DNA from: Sedimentisphaerales bacterium
Lineage (GTDB): Bacteria > Planctomycetota > Phycisphaerae > Sedimentisphaerales > SM23-30
Assembly: GCA_963663965.2 (NCBI GenBank)
Contig: CAXXFK010000011.1
Coordinates: forward strand, 1-64,000
Length of the DNA stretch: 64,000 bases
Reading direction: 5' to 3'
The notes beneath the pieces are model-generated. The model saw nothing but the letters and a program-made list of their open reading frames with translations. It did not search any database and had not been told where the DNA came from. Numbering within the stretch: the stretch's first letter is position 1; each line of letters begins with the position of its first letter. Position numbers and translations under genes: made by a program. Positions 20,135 to 30,587 of this stretch are shown one piece after another.

Positions 20135-20884
20135 CTATTTTTTTTCAATCCGTTTCTCAATTTTTCGGATCGCCTTTCCTATCGTTTTCAAACTCAACTT
20201 CAGATAGTTTCTCCTCAGTTCCTCCTCACTGATCGATATTGGCAGGCTCGAGGCATAAGACACATTTTCTTGCGGTATAAACTTGCAGTCATTACCAAAT
20301 CGCTCAAGGCTAATTTCGTTTTCAATTTCCGCTTTCTTCCGTTCCAGAAATTCATTCACAGAAGATTCTTTTCCAATTCTGCCTAACGCAATAGCGCTAT
20401 GAGCCGGCAAATCATCAAACACCGCCTGTAACACAGCAACAGCCTCACCGTACGACAGCATTTTTGCGATTGCATCACAAAGCATTTCACGAGATTTGCC
20501 ATATTTTTTATTTTTTACTGCAGTTGTTACCCACTCGTTAATATGCATTGGTTTAGAGATAGCTATCGTATTAGCAATGGCCCAGCGGTTATTACGAATC
20601 CCATCCGATTTTTCAAACAGTGTTGCCAAAGGCATGCCATCATATTTACATTTGGTATTACCAATAGCCCGTATTACCATATTCTGAATATTGTGCTGTT
20701 TGATTGCCGGCAACCATTTTAATAATACACAGACGACATCCTCAGGCAAATTTGTATATTTGTTAATTAAATCAGAAATATCATCTATTTCAATCCCTAT
20801 CAGTTTTAAACTTTCAAGGACAGGACGTTCAGCTTCTTCAATATCTTCTAAATATTCTTCTCTACTTTTTTTTTCATTCTCCAT
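20135..20884 (-). CDS. HEAT-repeat-like protein, probable immunity protein downstream of the Rhs toxin
   Basis: AT-rich helical protein (VIRAIG, RWAIANTI, AIALGRIG) immediately downstream of the Rhs-CT. Confidence 0.6.
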   Translation of the reverse strand: MENEKKSREEYLEDIEEAERPVLESLKLIGIEIDDISDLINKYTNLPEDVVCVLLKWLPAIKQHNIQNMVIRAIGNTKCKYDGMPLATLFEKSDGIRNNRWAIANTIAISKPMHINEWVTTAVKNKKYGKSREMLCDAIAKMLSYGEAVAVLQAVFDDLPAHSAIALGRIGKESSVNEFLERKKAEIENEISLERFGNDCKFIPQENVSYASSLPISISEEELRRNYLKLSLKTIGKAIRKIEKRIEKK

Positions 20885-20962
20885 TATTTTGCATACCTAA
20901 TCAATTGTTTAGTTTAAGACGTTTTTACCTACTGGGTTGATTTTATATTTTTAGAAGTGTAC

Positions 20963-21817
20963 TTAGTCATAATAGTCAATAATTATCCCACCAACCTTTT
21001 CTAATTCTTTTATTCGCTTAGCAATTTTTTTACAACCACTATTTAACCTAATAGTAAACGTTAAATTTTTTTTGTTAGCATATAAAATAAAATCCTCGAT
21101 TTGCTTTGTATAATTCAAATTTTTTACGTTTTTTACTTCAGTCAATGATGTCTTAGTTAATTCATCAGGGATACGATAATGCGCACTTCCTGTAATAGAA
21201 TCTATATGTTTAGAATTCTTAGCTATACCTGATGCAACTTCACCATATAGTCCTTTAGCTCGAATCCAACTCATCACTCCGCCACGAACATCTGCTAACG
21301 CTTGAAATACTTTGCCACCAGCATAATCCATACCCACATCAATTGCAACAGTTAGCATTATATTGCCTAATGATAATCCACTGGTAAACATTTCAACATA
21401 ACCATATACTTGGTGAGCTTGATCGGCAGCACCATATGCGCGCATACCATTTTGTACGCCTTGTGTAAAATTTAACTCAGATAAATTCCCCTCTAAACCT
21501 GTTGGATCGATAATGTTTACCGGCTCATTAACGCAATACAAATACCGGTGCAGACTCAACGGCTCATTAAAATCACCCCGAACCGGATCCCGCCCCGTAA
21601 ACCGCATCATCACCGGATCGTACCACCGCGCGTTGCAGTCGTACATGCCGACGGCCGCGTCCCATTTATATCCGGCGAACCGGTGATAACTGTTATAAAT
21701 GGTTCCCGACTTGAACGCTTCCCGGATCGGATTGCCATACGGGTCGTAACTGAACTGGTTGACCACCTCCCCGGCCTCATCCATCACCAGCCGGACACTG
21801 CCCAGCCGGTCATACAT
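20963..21817 (-). CDS. Orphan Rhs cassette: truncated Rhs core end plus C-terminal toxin of the Tox-REase-7 type
   Basis: YDRLGSVR, YDPYG, ARWYDP..RF..DP, YLYCVNEPVNIIDPTG (core end at ~21497); CT contains RIPD...TEVKNV...YTKQI. Sharp GC-rich to AT-rich shift at DPTG; Rhs-like frame extends to ~21850. Confidence 0.85.
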   Translation of the reverse strand: MYDRLGSVRLVMDEAGEVVNQFSYDPYGNPIREAFKSGTIYNSYHRFAGYKWDAAVGMYDCNARWYDPVMMRFTGRDPVRGDFNEPLSLHRYLYCVNEPVNIIDPTGLEGNLSELNFTQGVQNGMRAYGAADQAHQVYGYVEMFTSGLSLGNIMLTVAIDVGMDYAGGKVFQALADVRGGVMSWIRAKGLYGEVASGIAKNSKHIDSITGSAHYRIPDELTKTSLTEVKNVKNLNYTKQIEDFILYANKKNLTFTIRLNSGCKKIAKRIKELEKVGGIIIDYYD

Positions 21818-22672
21818 ATTGAAATAGGTCGCCGACGTCTGCCAGGAATTATACCAGCCTTTTGACCATCTTGATATTGATTCGTGTTGCTACATTCGAG
21901 CAATTCGTTAATCTTAACCCCACAAACTCATTTAAGCTTGCGGCCTGCCCGCCCCAGATGGTAAACCCCGGCTGTTTCATCTGCGTCCATCTGCGGTTAA
22001 ACCGGCTGTTAATTCTTCCTCTTAACTTCATGCCCTTCACGATCTTCATGGTAAAACCCTGCCTTTAAAAATTTAACTCGTGGCGCAGCCACTCTTTATT
22101 TTCGCCCCTTTCTATAGTTCCATCTTCTTTGATTTTAACTTCTTAACCCTGATTTCTTCCGTACTACAATCCTTTATTTCTTTGTTTTCTTAGCAAGCTT
22201 TTTGTTCTTATGTTTTATAAGCGAAGTAATTACTTCATCTTACAAGATATTTTAATGGTCCCGAACTTTTTATCCTGTTGATCCTGTGATCCTGTCTAAA
22301 TGGCTGTTTATCTTCGTGGCTTTGCGGCTTTGTGTGAACTATTTCTTATTTGGTTGCGGCTTGACCGCCCTGTGTCTTTCAGTGGTTATATCTTATTATT
22401 TATCAATTACTTAACCACGTTTTTTATCTGCGTCTATCTGTCCCGATGTACATCGGGATCTGCGGTTTTATCGGCCGTCATATATTTCTCATCTCTCCGG
22501 CTGTTTCTTCACTCCCTTCACTTACTTCACGGTGAAATTTTCTTATATTATGTATTTATTGCAATTAATATTATTATTTATTTGACTATTAATGAAATGT
22601 AACCTATAATCCCAACAGTCGGCCACCAACGGTCAAACACAAAACATTATTAAGGTTAAAAGGAGGTATAAC

Positions 22673-23459
22673 ATGAATCGTTCCATGCAAATTCTCGCCC
22701 GTGCCCAATACTACCACCGCCCCGAAATCGATGACATGTTCCTCGCCACCATCAACACCACCCGCCGCCAGCACCAGTACATCATCGATACCTACCCCTA
22801 CCACTGCGAACTGGCCGGCCTGATCGCCTATGATCGCCGCGACTTCAAACTCCGGGCCACCCCGCGCCGGCCACCAGGCCCTCCAGCGCCTCGTCGTCCA
22901 GTCCCGCTCCGACAACACCGTCACCGCCCGCCGCGCCACCGCCCAACTCATCCAGCAATTCATCAAAATCACCGATCCCATCAAAGACCTCATCCCCGAA
23001 GGCCCGCCCAATGACAAGGAATACCAGCAGATCATCGACAATTGCAAAAATATCCTCTTCGACGCCGGCTACCAGATCACCCCCGCCATCCAATGCGACC
23101 CCAACGCCACCCCCGAACCCGATAAAGAACCCGAAACCCAACCAATGCCAAACGAACCCAAAATCGGCAAATTCGACTATAAAACAAATAATAACAACAA
23201 CTTAGAAACAGACAAACCAACCCATAACTACCACCACACTTCCAGCTACGAACGCTACGAATCTCATCCCGATCCTTTGAACCAAACACCCCATCAATAC
23301 AACCCCACCCGCTCCAACTACCCCCCAGCGCCAAACGAACCCAACACCAATAATCACGACTATAACCACAATTATAACAATGACATAAAACCATTCACGC
23401 CGGCAGAAAATTCCCAGAACACCCCAACCGACACCACCCTCCAATGCCGCCACTACTAA
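22673..23459 (+). pseudogene. Hypothetical protein with low-complexity N/P/T-rich tail, split by a frameshift at 22860-22863
   Basis: AGGAGG RBS before ATG 22673. C-ending codon bias continues from ORF 22673 into the frame of ORF 22830 if one C of CCCC is removed (LRAT-RAGHQALQRL). Confidence 0.6.
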
Positions 23460-23493
23460 AACACAGGCCGGCCACCACCCACGCTGATTAAAC

Positions 23494-23528
23494 TACTTGC
23501 AACTTCCAACTTGCTACTTTTAACTTTC
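23494..23528. repeat. Degenerate heptamer tandem repeat (WACTTNY)
   Basis: TACTTGC AACTTCC AACTTGC TACTTTT AACTTTC. Confidence 0.6.
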
Positions 23529-23723
23529 GCCCCTCCGAACCACTACCGACAGGATTTCGCACCGAAGGCGAAAGATAAAACCAAATATGAGCGCAGCGAA
23601 TACCAGCAGGAGCCCCAAACGAAACAAACCCAACCCACAAAATAATGCCATAACCTTACACATAAGTTGAGGTTAACAAAACACTATTCATCGGGATGAA
23701 TACTCAACCCGCTAAATAGTAGC

Positions 23724-23759
23724 AAAAAAAAGAGACAATCCCTGTGATGGATGTCTCTC
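23724..23759 (-). terminator. Rho-independent terminator of the prepilin gene
   Basis: Minus strand GAGAGACATCC-atcaca-GGGATTGTCTCT followed by a T-run. Confidence 0.65.
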
Positions 23760-23794
23760 AGATAATTAACCATTGCGAAGAATCGCTTTGGGCC

Positions 23795-24703
23795 CTACTT
23801 GAATTCTTTAGTAATCCAGGCCCAGGCGTTCACATTCATAACGCGATAAGTTTCCGTAGACTCGAATCGCCGTACACTGCCATCCAGGTACCCTGCATTC
23901 AGATTATTCTTAGGCTGGAGCGTCTCTTGAAAAACTTCATTTGCATTATCCGCTTTGATCGAAAAATAAGGAACACCCTTACTGGATCCTTTAAATGGAT
24001 GACAGCTATACCAGCTATTCTGTGGATTATTCCACAGGATATTTTGATTACTGGTCAAATAGAAAAACGAATCCTGCACCACCAGTTTATTCTTACTGCC
24101 CATATTGGTTGGGGCATCAAAGAATTTTTCAACATTCTGATTCGCTCTGGGGCTGTTCTTGGCGTAACCTTGATAGCTCCAAAGCAGTTGATACGTTGCG
24201 TGCAGCGGATCGTAATTGCCCGTTTCATAAAAATACTGATAGGTCCCCTTGGGTACGGAATCCATCGGGTTCCCATTATTCGGCGGCCATTCCGAATCGC
24301 CATCGATAGGTGATACCGTACAGTTAAATACATCAACCTGAGGCAGATACTTATATAAAAACATCCCGGTATAAACGTAATCAGCCGGCTTTGTAACGCC
24401 AATATAACTCCGAAAACTGTTTCGATACCAGTTTAGTTCAAACGGCCGATGCGATAAACCCAACATCGTATTCCAGGATGTAGATATGGGCAACTTGCCT
24501 TCGTTATCCGAGGCATAAGCCAGCAATCCAACCACCAACTGGTGTTGATTGGACCCGCATACCACCAGTTTCGCTTGCTGACGAGCGCTGTTCAAAGCAG
24601 GCATCAAAATCGCCACCAGCAAGGCAATAATTGAAATCACCACCAGCAATTCAATCAGGGTAAAAGCGGTTCGATGCCGGTAACTTCTTCTTGGATATTT
24701 CAT
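23795..24703 (-). CDS. PVC-type prepilin protein (DUF1559/H-X9-DG-like)
   Basis: TA|FTLIELLVVISIIALLVAILMPALNSARQQAKLVVCGSN; C-terminal NAGYLDGSV. Confidence 0.9.
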   Translation of the reverse strand: MKYPRRSYRHRTAFTLIELLVVISIIALLVAILMPALNSARQQAKLVVCGSNQHQLVVGLLAYASDNEGKLPISTSWNTMLGLSHRPFELNWYRNSFRSYIGVTKPADYVYTGMFLYKYLPQVDVFNCTVSPIDGDSEWPPNNGNPMDSVPKGTYQYFYETGNYDPLHATYQLLWSYQGYAKNSPRANQNVEKFFDAPTNMGSKNKLVVQDSFFYLTSNQNILWNNPQNSWYSCHPFKGSSKGVPYFSIKADNANEVFQETLQPKNNLNAGYLDGSVRRFESTETYRVMNVNAWAWITKEFK

Positions 24704-25103
24704 AATATCTGCTCCATACAGTACTTACTATTTGTTAGCCAACGAATCAATCCTTACCGGTTAACACTATCGTTATCTTGGATGAAGAAAAAAACCACTG
24801 TTGACAGCTTAGCGTAAATAACTCGTTCCTATACAATCAGTTATATTATCTCACGCCAATTTCTCCAACACTCTTAACATTCTATAATATCCCGACAGAA
24901 CCAGGCAGGAACTTATTTTTAAAGCCACCCTTCAAATTGCTGAAGATGGCAATTCAATAAATTTTCTCATGCCTCTCCGAATGACCATGAAAGGCACCCA
25001 ATACCATATCCCCGGCGTTACCTGAATAGCGCGGCATGCCTCTGGAAATGGCCTTAATTCTTATGGAACCTCAATTCTGAAGATCCCCATCATACGGTTC
25101 CGG

Positions 25104-26384
25104 CTACCGGTCCCCCAGACAGGTATCCACCAACCGGGCGGACTGAATCATCGGATGATCCGGCGGGATCAATTTTCGCTTGTGAGCGACTTCCTCCAGA
25201 GGAACAGGATTACACACCCCTCCATTATAGGCCACCATGACATTATAGACACCTTCTGCCATAAGTTGGACAGCTTTGGCGCCCAGTCGGGTGCATAACA
25301 TCCGGTCAAAAGCGCTGGGAATTCCGCCACGTTGGACATGTCCCAGCGAAGTAACCCGAGCCTCTGTCCCTGTCATTTCTTGCAGTTTACGAGCGACCTG
25401 GCTGGCAATAGGCTCCTGAACGATATGAAAAGCTCGTTTCTCACCCCTCACCTGACGAACTACCAGGGTCGCTTCATCGCCTGCCTCCGCCGCCAGTGCG
25501 TCCAGTTCACTGATATCTTCAATGATTTCATCCTTCCCATCCGACTTACGATCCTTTTTTGACTGTTTTCGGTCCTTTTCTGACTTGTCAGCCTGGCCGG
25601 CTTTGATCTTATTAAAATCCTCGACAGACCGTGCCCCTTCAGCGACCGCAATGATCGAAAACCGCTTACCAGTTCGTCGCCGTTCAAGCAGATAATCGGC
25701 AATCACCTCCAGACGATAAGGCAACTCAGGTATCAGGATCACATCCGCCCCGCCGGCAATCCCGGCGCTTAATGTCAGCCAGCCGGCATTGTGCCCCATA
25801 ATTTCACAGACGATAATCCGATGATGACTCGTTGCAGTGGTATGCAACCGGTCAATTGCGTCCGTTGCGATCTGCATGGCCGTATCATACCCGAAAGTCA
25901 CCTCTGTGCCCCACACATCGTTATCGATGGTTTTCGGTAGGGTAACTACATTTAAACCACACTCTTTATGCAGCCGCAAAGCATTTTTCTGAGTTCCCCC
26001 GCCTCCCAGGCACACCAGACAATCGATATGCAAACGACGGGCATTATCCACTGCAACCTGGGTCATATCGATCACCTTATTCCCCATGGGCATCTTATGC
26101 GGTTTATCGCGGCTAGTCCCCAGAATGGTCCCTCCCTGCGTCAGGATCCCGCTGGCCTTTTTCATATCCAGATGGACGGATCGATTCTCAACCAGCCCCC
26201 GAAATCCATCATAAATCCCAATCACCTCCATATCGTATTCAGTGATAGCCGCTTTTACAAGTGCTCGTATCGCGGCATTTAAACCAGGGCAATCTCCCCC
26301 GGCAGTTAAAATCCCAATACAGCGTGTTTTTGTTGGACTGGCCACGTATGTTCCTTTCATATTGAAAAGGCAGGTAAATACCAA
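25104..26384 (-). CDS. pfkA: 6-phosphofructokinase, group III type
   Basis: [50 protein letters not shown]; start codon uncertain (26384, 26360 or later). Confidence 0.93.
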   Translation of the reverse strand: MVFTCLFNMKGTYVASPTKTRCIGILTAGGDCPGLNAAIRALVKAAITEYDMEVIGIYDGFRGLVENRSVHLDMKKASGILTQGGTILGTSRDKPHKMPMGNKVIDMTQVAVDNARRLHIDCLVCLGGGGTQKNALRLHKECGLNVVTLPKTIDNDVWGTEVTFGYDTAMQIATDAIDRLHTTATSHHRIIVCEIMGHNAGWLTLSAGIAGGADVILIPELPYRLEVIADYLLERRRTGKRFSIIAVAEGARSVEDFNKIKAGQADKSEKDRKQSKKDRKSDGKDEIIEDISELDALAAEAGDEATLVVRQVRGEKRAFHIVQEPIASQVARKLQEMTGTEARVTSLGHVQRGGIPSAFDRMLCTRLGAKAVQLMAEGVYNVMVAYNGGVCNPVPLEEVAHKRKLIPPDHPMIQSARLVDTCLGDR

Positions 26385-26776
26385 TTCCTCAATGCGTGGA
26401 TTGCATAATTGGAATTTTGCTGGTGTATCATTTGCGTTGTTTACATACTAAACAACCAGTATTTTTCTTGCATTCAATAACGACAAGTAAATTAGAGGTT
26501 TATACATTTATTAAATTTTATGACTCCTGCCCCCTTTAAAACCAACTTTTTACAGAACCAATTATAGTATAAATATCGGTTAATTAAACCGATATTTACA
26601 TAAATACTCATAAGTTCCCAAACAAATACTTTCTCTGTTCCATCACTTGGCCTACAATCAATTATCTGGATATGAAGCCGTGCTCTTATTTTCCTAACAT
26701 TTTTTTAACTTTATACTAATGCGGCGAACAACTATAGTGATATCTGTTTTAAATTTTATCAATATACTCTGATATT

Positions 26777-27856
26777 ATGATGCTAAACGATCCCTGCATA
26801 ACATATCTGGCAGCTCAGTATTTTGATCAGCAACTGCAACCGCTACCCGGTTGGCTGGATAGTATCAAAAACGAAGGCAGTCCAGATTCAGTGCACCAGG
26901 TTCGCGTCATCTGCCGCAGAATACGGGCCGGACTCAGATGTTTTAGTGATTGCTTTAATAAAAAAGAACTAAAAAAATTGAACGCCAGTTATAAAAATCT
27001 TGCCCGGGGCCTAACCAAGGCGCGTGATAAAGATGTCCAACTGGCTTTTTTAAAGGAATTTCAAAACTCTCATCCCGACAAAAAGCTTCAATCCGGTATT
27101 AACCGGATAATCTTAAGATATCATCAAGCCCGCCAGTTGGAGAATGAGACCATATCCAAATGTCTGAAAAAATATGAAAAATCGGAAAGACTCACTAAAT
27201 TATCAACCTGGTCTCAAGATATTCTAAATACTCAAGATACCACGATCCTCAATTTGTCATGCCCAGCGAATATCGAACTGGCTCGCAATACCATATGGTC
27301 TATTTTAAATGACCTTTTAAGCTTGAGACCGGCGCTGGATAATCTTAATGACCATGCCGGCCATCATAAAATGAGAATAATTACCAAACGATTACGCTAT
27401 ACTTTAGAAATTTTTAAGCCTGTTTTGGGCAAAAAACTTAATTCGATTATAAAAAATACCAAAAAAATGCAAACTCTGGCCGGCCTTCTACAGGACTGCT
27501 ACGTATGGATCGACAGACTCCCCGAGTTTATCATAGAAGAAGAAACTCGAACCAGAGAATATTACGGACATACCCGGCCATTCCGTCCCATACAAAAAGG
27601 AATTGAAACCCTCTTAAATGACCGGCAAGCGACTGCGGAGAATCTACTTGCGGATATTAAAGCGCTTTGGTTGAAATATGATCATAATCGGTACTGGCAA
27701 CGTTTAATGAATATCATTGATGCCGGTGAATCCCAAAAACAAGTAACCAATATCCCTTCGAGTAACAATACCTGTTCTAAATCTCCCTCAATAATGACCC
27801 CATCAACACCGGATAGTCAAATCATAAAATTAAGTGAGAATAAAATGAATGAATGA
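26777..27856 (+). CDS. CHAD domain (polyphosphate-binding) protein
   Basis: VHQVRVICRRIR, ARDKDV, HKMRIITKRLRYTLE, QTLAGLLQD; upstream of ppx/ppk1. Confidence 0.85.
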   Translation: MMLNDPCITYLAAQYFDQQLQPLPGWLDSIKNEGSPDSVHQVRVICRRIRAGLRCFSDCFNKKELKKLNASYKNLARGLTKARDKDVQLAFLKEFQNSHPDKKLQSGINRIILRYHQARQLENETISKCLKKYEKSERLTKLSTWSQDILNTQDTTILNLSCPANIELARNTIWSILNDLLSLRPALDNLNDHAGHHKMRIITKRLRYTLEIFKPVLGKKLNSIIKNTKKMQTLAGLLQDCYVWIDRLPEFIIEEETRTREYYGHTRPFRPIQKGIETLLNDRQATAENLLADIKALWLKYDHNRYWQRLMNIIDAGESQKQVTNIPSSNNTCSKSPSIMTPSTPDSQIIKLSENKMNE

Positions 27857-28082
27857 ATAAACGAAAATCTCAAAATATTACCCCCCCTCATCACATTCTA
27901 ACACAAGTACATAACAATCATTATCGACAATCCTGTATGTTTACAATTGGACCTTTTTTTTTCAAAAGAGCTTATCATGCCGGCAGTCGGCTTTCATCTT
28001 GATCAGATTTATTTGTGCGACCTGGATTTATGCCTCCAAAAATTTAATTTTTCCAGCTACGGAAAATAACAGAATAATAGTA

Positions 28083-28676
28083 ATGACTATGAATTATCAA
28101 TCAGCTTTAACTGCAGTTTTGAACCTGGCACAGCGCTATCACTACGAGAAACAACACTCTCACCAGGTTGCCCGTCTGGCATTAATGTTCTTCGATCAGT
28201 TGAAAAATAATCATAACTTGGATGATTATGACCGGCTCTTGCTGGAAGCAGGCGCTCTTTTACATGATATCGGTTGGTATGAGGGCCAGAAACGTCATCA
28301 CAAAACTGCCATGAGTTATATTTTAGCATCAGACCTTCCCTTTGAACGCTCCGATCTGATTATGCTGGCACTGATTGCCCGATATCATCGTAAAAGTATG
28401 CCTCAGGAAAATCATGATTATTACACAGATCTTAATCCCAACGAGCGTCGCAGACTGGCCTTTCTCGCCGGCATGGTGCGATTGGCTGACGGACTGGATC
28501 GCAGTCATTCCAATCGTATCCAGACGTTAAGCTGCAAAATTAATGATGATTCCATAACAGTTTTTTGCCAGAGTCAGTTGAACCCGGAAGAGGAATTCAG
28601 CACCGCTGAAAATAAAAGCGACCTCTTATCAGATGCGTTCAATCGAACGATTAACTTTCAAGCCATTCCTGTTTGA
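28083..28676 (+). CDS. Stand-alone HD-domain protein resembling the Ppx/GppA C-terminal domain
   Basis: HSHQVARLAL, LLHDIG, HHK, IARYHRK, RLADGLDRSH. Confidence 0.85.
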   Translation: MTMNYQSALTAVLNLAQRYHYEKQHSHQVARLALMFFDQLKNNHNLDDYDRLLLEAGALLHDIGWYEGQKRHHKTAMSYILASDLPFERSDLIMLALIARYHRKSMPQENHDYYTDLNPNERRRLAFLAGMVRLADGLDRSHSNRIQTLSCKINDDSITVFCQSQLNPEEEFSTAENKSDLLSDAFNRTINFQAIPV

Positions 28677-28985
28677 TTTGTGAACTTTAATTTGACTCAA
28701 CAACTTACATTAGTCAGAACAAATATAACCAGGGCGTTCCTGAATAATAACTCCAATGTACAAACCACCTGACAAGTAAAAACTATTTATATTCTATTGG
28801 TGTTTTTACCTCAAAAAACTTATTTGAAAAATTTATCCCTCGGGATAATGATTGTTCATGCTTTGAATTGTTTATTATATCTATGGCGCGACCTTAATCA
28901 CCTGTTTATTTCATTCAAATGTGTTATTTTGAATAAATAAAATGCCTGTTATTTTTTATATACTGACATTCGATGGGATTGATAA

Positions 28986-30581
28986 ATGGACAAAACTCAC
29001 ATATCATCCAATACAAATCCGGACCATATGATGGCAGCGATCGATCTCGGTACCAATCAGATTCGTATCGAGATTGCGGAGGTTCAGCCCGATGGTCAGT
29101 TTATGATTGTCGAACAACTCCAACAAGCCATTGCCCTGGGCCAGGACACCTTCACTTGTGGGCGAATTTCTGCTTCAACCATCCGATCCGCGGTTAAAAT
29201 ATTACGTGATTTTCGCCAGATCATCGAACTTTACCAGATACAGCATATCCGGGCTGTCGCCACCACTGCAGTACGCGAAGCCTTTAATTCCGATACCCTG
29301 CTCGATCGTATTTTTAATGCGACCGGGATTGAAGTCAATGTCATTGAGCCGGCAGAAGAATGCCGGCTGACCTTCACGGCGATACGGCATGAGTTAGGGG
29401 ATATTCTGAATAACCTGGACATCAATTCTTTGATTGTTGATGTCGGTGGTGGCAGTACGCTCCTGAGTGTCTTGCATGGTCAGGAACTGCTCGCCTCACA
29501 AAGTCTCCCCCTGGGATCCATTCGCCTCCAGGAAGTACTGGATACTGCCAACGAAACACCGGATCAGGCGGCTCGTATATTTAAGACAAGAATCAGCCAT
29601 GAAATCAACGCCACCGGGAAACATATGCTGCCTCACAAAATTGATTTTATGATTGCGGTTGGTGGTGATATCCGTCTGCTTGCCCAGGAATGCGGTGAAG
29701 ATCACGATCGTCATGGTGTCCGCCAATTATCGCCTTCGGCCCTGGACAGATTCATCAAACAGACACAAACCCTTTCCCCCGATCAAATTGCCCGCCAATA
29801 CGGTATCTCGTACAGTCAGGCTGAAACCCTGAATCCCGCCTTGCTGGTCTACCAGACAATCCTGCGCACTTGCAAACCCAAACGCCTGTTGGCCTGTCAA
29901 TCATCCATGCGAGATGGCTTGTTACTGGATATGGCCCGTATGGTAACCGGCCAGGAGGATAACACCCTTACCTACTGTATCGTCCAGTCGGCGCTCACTA
30001 TCGCCGAAAAATATCAGGCGGACATCTCCCACGCGCTCAATGTCGAAGAACTCTCTCTCATCTTGTTCGATCAGCTCAAAACGGATTTAGGACTGCATCA
30101 ACGTCACCGTTTATTGTTGCGTCTGGCGGCCATTCTCCATGAGGTTGGCAAATTTGTCAGTAACCGGGCACATCACAAACACAGTTATTACCTGATTACC
30201 AATTCTGAACTTTTCGGAATCAATCGAGACGATCTGACTAATATAGCTCTGATTGCGCGCTATCATCGCCGCAGTTGCCCCAAACCGGCCCACACGGAAT
30301 ACAGTATTCTGGCTCGGGAACGCCGACTGATCATCAGCAAACTTGCCGCGTTATTGCGGATGGCGGATGCTCTGGATGTCTCTCATCGCCAACCCATTCA
30401 TCAACTGCAATGCTATCGCGTTGGTGACGAACTGACTATCAATGTCTATGATGTATCAGACCTGACACTGGAACGTCGGGCCATGTCGATCAAAGGTGAT
30501 TTATTCTGTGATCTGACAGGACTGAAAGTCCGGCTGGAAAGTATACTGAAAACGGATATCGGCTTGTCTGTTGAAGGTTAA
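28986..30581 (+). CDS. ppx: Exopolyphosphatase Ppx/GppA with C-terminal HD domain
   Basis: AAIDLGTN, VATTAVREA, DVGGGST, LGSIRL, LHEVG...HHKHS, ARYHRR. Confidence 0.92.
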   Translation: MDKTHISSNTNPDHMMAAIDLGTNQIRIEIAEVQPDGQFMIVEQLQQAIALGQDTFTCGRISASTIRSAVKILRDFRQIIELYQIQHIRAVATTAVREAFNSDTLLDRIFNATGIEVNVIEPAEECRLTFTAIRHELGDILNNLDINSLIVDVGGGSTLLSVLHGQELLASQSLPLGSIRLQEVLDTANETPDQAARIFKTRISHEINATGKHMLPHKIDFMIAVGGDIRLLAQECGEDHDRHGVRQLSPSALDRFIKQTQTLSPDQIARQYGISYSQAETLNPALLVYQTILRTCKPKRLLACQSSMRDGLLLDMARMVTGQEDNTLTYCIVQSALTIAEKYQADISHALNVEELSLILFDQLKTDLGLHQRHRLLLRLAAILHEVGKFVSNRAHHKHSYYLITNSELFGINRDDLTNIALIARYHRRSCPKPAHTEYSILARERRLIISKLAALLRMADALDVSHRQPIHQLQCYRVGDELTINVYDVSDLTLERRAMSIKGDLFCDLTGLKVRLESILKTDIGLSVEG

Positions 30582-30587
30582 TTAATT

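Noticed and set aside
14400..22600. CRISPR array in the repeat-rich island
   Set aside because: Repeats are degenerate and irregularly spaced, with no constant repeat/unique spacer period and no cas genes
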